Part shown: piece by piece, positions 37,599 to 45,222 of the stretch
How positions within the stretch are numbered: the first letter of the stretch is position 1
How the letters are laid out: each line of letters starts with the position of its first letter
Assembly (NCBI RefSeq): GCF_001194135.2
Contig: NC_068985.1
Coordinates: forward strand, 73,767,885-73,813,106
DNA length: 45,222 bases
From: Octopus bimaculoides
Lineage: Eukaryota
Direction of reading: 5' to 3'
The notes under the pieces: model-generated
Seen by the model: the letters and a program-made list of their open reading frames with translations, nothing else
Told to the model about the DNA's origin: nothing
Databases searched by the model: none
Made by a program: the position numbers and the translations under genes

Positions 37599-38941
37599 AG
37601 TTTTGCTTAATGGAAAATACAATCATTAGTAGAGGTAGATCAATACAAACTAAACCAATAATTGACCTATGAAAAATACTACCTATGAAGCATCTATGCA
37701 ATTCTTTACGTTTCTGAAATATTTTCCTTAGAATTCTGGAAATATGTAGCACATGAAATTTTCATCACATATACAGCAATGACGTTTCTAGTTAACAATA
37801 AGAAAAAAAAGCCGGTAGAGGATAGCTCTAAGTTTAAAAGACTGTGATGGTTAAAAATATAAATAATATTAAAAATAAAGTAATAAATTTATAAATAAAA
37901 TAACATTTAATGTTTTCAAATGATGTAATTTGTATTTAGCAGGTTTGGTATTTCTTCTAGCAAGACGGAAACAATGGTTGATCTTGTTGCTATTGGTATT
38001 CAAAGCTTTTTCATTCCTGATCAAATGAGTTCAGGCAAAGACCATGCCGTCTTCGTTGTTTTGATATAGTGTGATTAAGACTTAATCGACTGGCAAAGCG
38101 GATCAATGAAAGATTCTGGATTTAGAAGACGATGGTATATTGATATCAATTGTGATTTAATCGAAATCAATTGATACTGTAAATGATCAATAATATTGGG
38201 GAAAAATTGCTTATTTCTATTAATGCTTCTTGTAAGAAAATAAACAACTGAAAAATTTCAATACGTTCTAGCTTATAACAAAATGAGATGGTTAATAGTT
38301 ATGTATTGACCGTCTCAACCAACGTATGAGTAACGAATAAGAACAAAGCGAATAAACGTCAGAGATGTTGTGTCATTCAGAATACCTAGACATAATTTCT
38401 ATAAACTGTCGGTAAACATAACTATTGATTTTATGTCGAATTGTTTTTCAAGAGGTCAAAAGCGCTGAAAGTAGAACAACTAATTATTTAGTAATTATGA
38501 AGACAATAGTGTTTTTGTCAATAAACACAAAAAAAAAATCTTGTTCAATTTTATTCTATTCTGAAAATTATTTCGAATAACTAAGGATAATAACTTCACT
38601 AAAAACATTACAAAAGAATATGGTTTGCTATAAAAACAATGTTATGCATTGCCATTCAACGGATGGTCCAGCATTCTTCACAAAGTATAATGCACTGATT
38701 TTCATATTGGTTTTATTCTAATTCCTATTCATTTAATTTGTGTGTCCTAGGCGATGATCAGGTGTAAATTTCGTCACACGTTTTTGATATCAGTATTCAT
38801 ATATTGATTTATCGATTTGCAGATATCATTTTTTTCTGTTTTCTAAATGTTGCTTCACAGTATGTTATGGTATTAGTTTTCGATATCCAAGAAAATATTT
38901 CCTTTGATAATTCTAATATTTTTTTAATGCAAATCGATATA

Positions 38942-38972
<31 letters not shown>

Positions 38973-39474
38973 NNNNNNNNNNNNNNNNNNNNNNNNNNNN
39001 NNNNNNNNNNNNNNNNNNNNNNNNNNNNNNNNNNNNNNNNNNNNNNNNNNNNNNNNNNNNNNNNNNNNNNNNNNNNNNNNNNNNNNNNNNNNNNNNNNNN
39101 NNNNNNNNNNNNNNNNNNNNNNNNNNNNNNNNNNNNNNNNNNNNNNNNNNNNNNNNNNNNNNNNNNNNNNNNNNNNNNNNNNNNNNNNNNNNNNNNNNNN
39201 NNNNNNNNNNNNNNNNNNNNNNNNNNNNNNNNNNNNNNNNNNNNNNNNNNNNNNNNNNNNNNNNNNNNNNNNNNNNNNNNNNNNNNNNNNNNNNNNNNNN
39301 NNNNNNNNNNNNNNNNNNNNNNNNNNNNNNNNNNNNNNNNNNNNNNNNNNNNNNNNNNNNNNNNNNNNNNNNNNNNNNNNNNNNNNNNNNNNNNNNNNNN
39401 NNNNNNNNNNNNNNNNNNNNNNNNNNNNNNNNNNNNNNNNNNNNNNNNNNNNNNNNNNNNNNNNNNNNNNNNNN
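38973..39474. other. Assembly gap (N) after (TA)n
   Basis: Run of N. Confidence 0.98.
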
Positions 39475-39559
39475 TATACATATACATACACATACATATA
39501 TATATATACATATATGTGTGTGGGTGTGTGTGACTGTGCACTTGTGTGTCTGTGTTTGT

Positions 39560-39725
39560 CTCCCACCATCGCTTAACAACTGATGTCGGTGTGTTTACGT
39601 CCCTGTTACCTAGCGGTTCGGCAAAATAGACTGATTAAATAAGTACTAGAATAAGTCCTGGGGTCAATTTCTTCGAGTAAAGGTGATACTCCAGCATGGC
39701 CGCAGTGAAATGACTGAAACAAGTA
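39560..39725 (+). mobile_element. Family B SINE 3' half
   Basis: caactgatgtcggtgtgtttacgtccc..ccagcatggccgcagtgaaatgactgaaacaag is the reverse complement of 13645-13810. Confidence 0.85.
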
Positions 39726-40664
39726 ACAGAATAAAAAATAAAGCAATAAATTAATGGATTATTTTTCGATTCATCCAAATCTTTTTGGATTTCTCTTCTT
39801 GCTGTCAAATCTCCCAATTCCAAGAAATGCACACCTTTGACATCTAAAACACATTACAGTCATCTCGTATGTTCTGTTAAAATGAAAACTAAAAATATCG
39901 TTTAAAATATATTTTTAGATCTATTCATATACCAATCATCATTTATTCAGACTTAGTTTTAAAATAAATACACAGTAGCATGTCTACATACACATATATA
40001 AATCTATATAAATATGTGTGTGTGTGTGTGTGTGTATGAGCGTGTCTGTATGTATTATGTATACGTTTCATATAACATGGAGAGATTTAATGGCGTGTGT
40101 AATCAATGGAAACTTCTGAGAATAGAAAAATTGTAAAAGAACTAAAAGAGATAAACTCCGTATGTAATTGACGGCCGTAACATCATGAGAAGCTTTCGTT
40201 GCATGGCATATTACAACTGTTTCATCTCAGAGTGAAAACTTCCATATTATTCCGTTAATTTTGTTTATGTTTACACTTTCCTAATAGGTTTACAGTCGTC
40301 TAAAACAAATCAGAAATGTGCACAGAATGCTAACAAAGCAGGTTATAATTTGTTTTACTATTTATATAGTTTACAAATTGCGTAATAAACTGCAACACAT
40401 AAACGTTTTTTGTTGTACCAATAATGGATTAATCCCCGTTTCCATTTGCACTTGCTAAGTCGAATCTCTGCTTAGTTTCCTGCAGACCAATGCTAGAAAA
40501 CCGATTGATATACATGAAGGTGAAAAAAGAAAACCCAACAAAGAACAATCTACAGCATGCTATCTATGTATAAGGCTGTAGCATCTGCAGATTAATCAGT
40601 TGTCTCACCTCCTCTGCTAAAGTTTACTACTTGCATTAATACACACAAACATGCGTGGGAGGCG

Positions 40665-40698
<34 letters not shown>

Positions 40699-40761
40699 AC
40701 ATGCAGGTATATGTATACACACATATACCTTTATATATCTATCTTTATATATATATATATA

Positions 40762-41326
40762 NNNNNNNNNNNNNNNNNNNNNNNNNNNNNNNNNNNNNNN
40801 NNNNNNNNNNNNNNNNNNNNNNNNNNNNNNNNNNNNNNNNNNNNNNNNNNNNNNNNNNNNNNNNNNNNNNNNNNNNNNNNNNNNNNNNNNNNNNNNNNNN
40901 NNNNNNNNNNNNNNNNNNNNNNNNNNNNNNNNNNNNNNNNNNNNNNNNNNNNNNNNNNNNNNNNNNNNNNNNNNNNNNNNNNNNNNNNNNNNNNNNNNNN
41001 NNNNNNNNNNNNNNNNNNNNNNNNNNNNNNNNNNNNNNNNNNNNNNNNNNNNNNNNNNNNNNNNNNNNNNNNNNNNNNNNNNNNNNNNNNNNNNNNNNNN
41101 NNNNNNNNNNNNNNNNNNNNNNNNNNNNNNNNNNNNNNNNNNNNNNNNNNNNNNNNNNNNNNNNNNNNNNNNNNNNNNNNNNNNNNNNNNNNNNNNNNNN
41201 NNNNNNNNNNNNNNNNNNNNNNNNNNNNNNNNNNNNNNNNNNNNNNNNNNNNNNNNNNNNNNNNNNNNNNNNNNNNNNNNNNNNNNNNNNNNNNNNNNNN
41301 NNNNNNNNNNNNNNNNNNNNNNNNNN
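40762..41326. other. Assembly gap (N)
   Basis: Run of N. Confidence 0.98.
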
Positions 41327-41555
<229 letters not shown>

Positions 41556-41699
41556 ATGCGAAAAAATATCCGACAAATGTAAATAACATAAATACAAATA
41601 TGTTGATATTTATATTAATAGATCCAACTTACACAGATTACAAACGACAGAAAAAATTAAAGGGCTGGTATAAAGGTTGTTATAAGTCAGAGTTATTGG

Positions 41700-41852
41700 A
41701 TTAAAGTCATAGTAGAGAGCTCTCCACCTCATTTGAGTGATGAAGTCGAATGATTTGTTTTCAGTAGCTTTCAGTAGTAAGAAACCTATGTAGAGATCCC
41801 AAGGTGGAAATCGAATATTCTTTGTAGATGTTTCCAAGAAATGCTTATCCAT
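41700..41852 (-). mobile_element. N-terminal fragment of a Naiad-like Penelope element
   Basis: STKNIRFPPWDLY..KSFDFITQMRWRALYYD resembles the PLE N-terminal motif YS.KNIP.P..Y..FI.RMRWKA.FF (recalled consensus). Confidence 0.5.
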
Positions 41853-42129
41853 GGGTGTTATCTATAGGTAACGCTCGGCCGACCAAAGGATATATTCCAC
41901 TGATGAGATCCAGAGATTCTTGGTATAGAAGATACTTAGTAGTGAACAAAAGATTCAAACTGAATTGTTTGAGAAATGTCATCTATACAGAGAATCTCTG
42001 AATTTCATCTGTGGATTATATATATATATATATATATATAACACTCTTTACACTTTAATACATCAAACGTCCAAAGCTACGGACTTTCTGGGGCACTGCC
42101 GTTAACTTTGCTACACCTTCATTACTTTG

Positions 42130-43900
42130 AAACCTCTTGTGATGTGTGACATTTGGTGAATGAGGGCATTCGGTGAATGAGCAGCATCTAACAGATGCTG
42201 CTGCCATCACCCCTGTTTTCTACCACGAGGTTGGCTCATCCGGAACGTTCCTAGGTGGAAAAGCAGTTTTCTTTTGAAGACGCCTTCCTCCGCCACACGC
42301 AAAGCTCTCAGGATTTTGGGAACGATATGCGGGCCCTTGAAATCCAAGCTATTTCAGTTTCTGGTCATACATCTTTATTGCAATGTGGGGATCTTACGCA
42401 CTTTGCAGTGGGACGTGCTCTAATGCTTATGTAACTTGCAATACGAAACTTTTGTTGAAGTCCTTCCAGATTTTTCCAAATATCAGAGCATATCCTTTCC
42501 CACCTTCGTGCTAGTGAGTAGAATTTTAAGTTTTTCAGTCTTTCCCAGTAACTGTTATGTCCCATTGAGACAATCTTATTCGTGTAGCTTCAGCTATCCG
42601 CTTACAGTTCCGCCGTTACCTTTACACTGTATGGTGATCATTGTTTAGAGCAGTAGTTTAAGCGACTGGGGATATATATCCTCCAAAGGACTAACATTGT
42701 TACCAGTTGTCTCGTGTTGAACATTCTAAGGATCCTTCAAGAGATCCGGCTGCATTTCATTTTACAGCGAACCTAAGAATAGACATCTGTAAAGATGCAT
42801 CTTTACTCATGTGAAGGCCTAAGTCGCGAACTAACTCAGCACTAATTATCTCTCATGGTCCAGTGTATTCTGTCTGCATTTAAGTCTGCTTTGTGTTCAG
42901 GGTTTGGCATTTTCCAGTACTAAGTTGCATTTTATTGTCCTCAGCCCATATGTATATAGCGTCCAACTGTTGTTGTAGGTGCGCAATATCTTGAGGGTTC
43001 TATATCGTCTAACGGACTTTTGTATCAACTGCAAAGTCAACAAATTTGATCATCTCAGGGCATGTATGAGGGGCCTCTATGAATAGCAGTGACCCTAAAG
43101 ACAGTGCCCTGAATAACAGCACTCACTATTTCATACCATTGATTACCATTGCCTGAAATCTATATAAAATGCCGCGCAGGCACTCTCCAAGCTTTCCGAC
43201 TATGCCGAAATAACACCGTTTGTGACATATATCATGATTGACCTTATCAGAAAGATTTTGCAAAGTCGAGATGTGTCACGTTCACAGTCGCAGTGATGTA
43301 AGACGTGTATCAGACAGATTCAGCCTGGCCAAAGACCATGATGGATGTCAGTTACTAACTCGTTCACTTCAAAGGACGCATTTGGTCCGCTTCGAATTAA
43401 TTGTTCGATGACTTTGCTGATGTGTGAGATCAAATGGACACGACAATAAGTTTTAGCATCTGTTTTGCTTCCTGTTATATGGATAGGGCATATTATTCTC
43501 ACTTTAGATTTGCCTGGGAGCTTACCGCTATCACACAAGCTCTTAAAATGAAGCTGGATTGATTTTTTAAGGACTTGCTTGAATGATTTGAGGATGAATG
43601 CTAGGAATCCGTCACGGCCAGCATCTGAGTTTGCACCTACCTCATCTGTGGCCAGTATTATGTCTTTAATCTTTATATAACCAATTATTTTCGCTATCTT
43701 TTTAACAAGTGTATTTGCAAAGAAATCCGCTGGTTTGATCACTTGGTCCTAAAGCGTTGTGAAAACGCTTTTCAATTGTTCGGTCAGTGTTTTAGTGATC
43801 TTCATCGGGTTTCCTGTAGTGAGCCGTCCTTTTGGAAGAGGGACCCTCTCATGTAGCGCAATGAAGCTGTATTTTTAGCAAAGTACATATATTGACCTAA
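42130..43900 (-). mobile_element. 5'-truncated CR1/L2-like LINE (RT domain to 3' end)
   Basis: DAGRDGF, CPIHITGS..YCRVHLISHISKVIE, HHG, LDFAK, QGTV, SYWERLKNLKFYSL, NSLDFKGP, GVFKRKL, VPDEP; multiple lesions. Confidence 0.9.
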
Positions 43901-43928
43901 TGTATCTTTTTATACTCCAGACCTTTTT

Positions 43929-44081
43929 AAGGTGGCGTGCTGGCAGAAACGGTAGTATGCCGGGCGAAATACTTATCGGTATTTCGTCTGTCTTTACGTT
44001 CTGAGTTCAAATTCCACCGAGGTCAACTTTGCCTTTCATCATTTCGAGGTCGATAAATTAAATACGAGTTGCGTACTAGGG
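43929..44081 (+). mobile_element. Family A tRNA-derived SINE
   Basis: aaggtggcgtgctggcagaa..gagttcaaattcc..ctttgcctttcatc; homologous to 10685-10905. Confidence 0.85.
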
Positions 44082-44085
44082 CCAA

Positions 44086-44092
44086 ACACACA

Positions 44093-44161
<69 letters not shown>
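44086..44161. repeat. (CA)n microsatellite
   Basis: Direct inspection. Confidence 0.95.
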
Positions 44162-44163
<2 letters not shown>

Positions 44164-44790
44164 GTTCCACAAAATACTGTGTTGGGCCCACTCCTCTTCA
44201 TTATCTACATCAACGACATTCTACACTAAAAATCTTTGCAGATGATTCCAAACTCCAGAAATTCATAAATGGCATGGGAGACCGAACATGCCTTCAGTCA
44301 GATCTGTTTGATATTGTCCAATGGGCGGACAAAAAACAATATGCTCCTAAATGAAGGTAAGTTTGATTTGATCCACTTTGAAAAACAGAAAACTCTGAAA
44401 TTGCCATATGCTCTTCCCTCGGGCAACTCCTTAATGTCATCCAACAACACCAGAGACTTTGGAGTAATCGTTGATAACAATCTAATCGGAGTTCGTATGT
44501 AAACAGCAAAGTTGACTTGGTCCGCAAGGTGTGCTCCTGTATCCTTAGAAATTTCCGGTCTAGAGATGCCTATAACATCATCCTTCTCTACTCTGCTTTT
44601 GCCTGACCCCACCTTGAATACTGTTTCCCACTGCGGTTCCCTCATACGAAGCAACTCATGAACGTAGTAGCACCACAGAGGTCAATGTCAAGAAAGATAG
44701 ACGGCATGAGGCGCATTGACTTTTGGGGTCGACTAAAAAACTCAATCTATACTCCCTCTAATGCCGCCGGGAGCGCTACGTCCCTCTATA
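44162..44790 (+). mobile_element. CR1/L2-like LINE RT fragment
   Basis: VPQNTVLGPLLFIIYINDI, FADDSK, LQSDL, NMLLNEGKF, PHLEYC, FWGRLKKLNLYSL..RRERY. Confidence 0.9.
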
Positions 44791-44894
44791 TTTCATATCT
44801 TCTCTACAATAATTAATACTCAAACTTTTCCTCGCACCGCTTCGGAAGATATTCCGGAAACAGATGAAAAACCTTTTCTTTATAAATGTTCTGA

Positions 44895-45222
44895 AGACTA
44901 TTTACAGCCTTGGACTTATGTCATTCTGTCAATAAACCGGCTGATAAGGGTGCAGCCGTGGTGGTATGGCGCGCGGACCTCTACAAGGCCGAAGCTCTCC
45001 GCCAACTTCGAGATACCTCATTCTACCGCCCTCTTCCCTCCGACCCCACGCCCAGCTACCAACAGACTTTGTCCTCCACTATCCATTACCTCATCCTCTC
45101 CTCCCGTCTCCCCGCCACCGCCTCCAGCCTTATTGTTCGCACCCCACGCACCCCCACCATTTACTTCCTCCCCAAGATCCATAAACCGAACAACCCTGGC
45201 CGCCCCATCGCCTCAGCCTGCA
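44895..45222 (+). mobile_element. Penelope-like element RT N-terminus (Neptune/Poseidon-like), open to the window edge
   Basis: Stop-free frame: VNKPADKGAAVVVWRADLYKAEALRQLRDTSFY..DPT..YFLPKIHKPNNPGRPIASAC. Confidence 0.9.

Noticed and set aside
38144-38176. Small hairpin tatcaattg..gattt/aaatc..aattgata
   Set aside because: Short and AT-only; plausible by chance.

Overview
AT-rich, microsatellite-dense eukaryotic DNA with four N gaps. The SINE/LINE/mariner set looks like an Octopus genome; this is inferred from my recognition of the repeat families, not from a database search. No complete host gene can be supported. The window is mostly decayed mobile elements: three Penelope-like element (PLE) pieces, a TIR-bounded Tc1, two TIR-bounded mariners plus a deleted mariner copy, two maT-like (DD37D-type) relics, a hAT-like element with a duplicated right end, an R4/Dong-like LINE tail, two opposed CR1-like LINEs, Helitron-type non-autonomous repeats and several tRNA-derived SINEs. 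The features least explained by this list are: a 62-bp near-identical inverted copy inserted with a 12-bp duplication into an old transposase (36928-36989 vs 40136-40197), two ~200-bp fold-back palindromes, inverted repeats and relics carrying hammerhead-like GAAAC cores, and one candidate minus-strand exon encoding a GPCR TM1/ICL1-like segment (12738-12951). No CRISPR, rRNA or intact tRNA is supportable.
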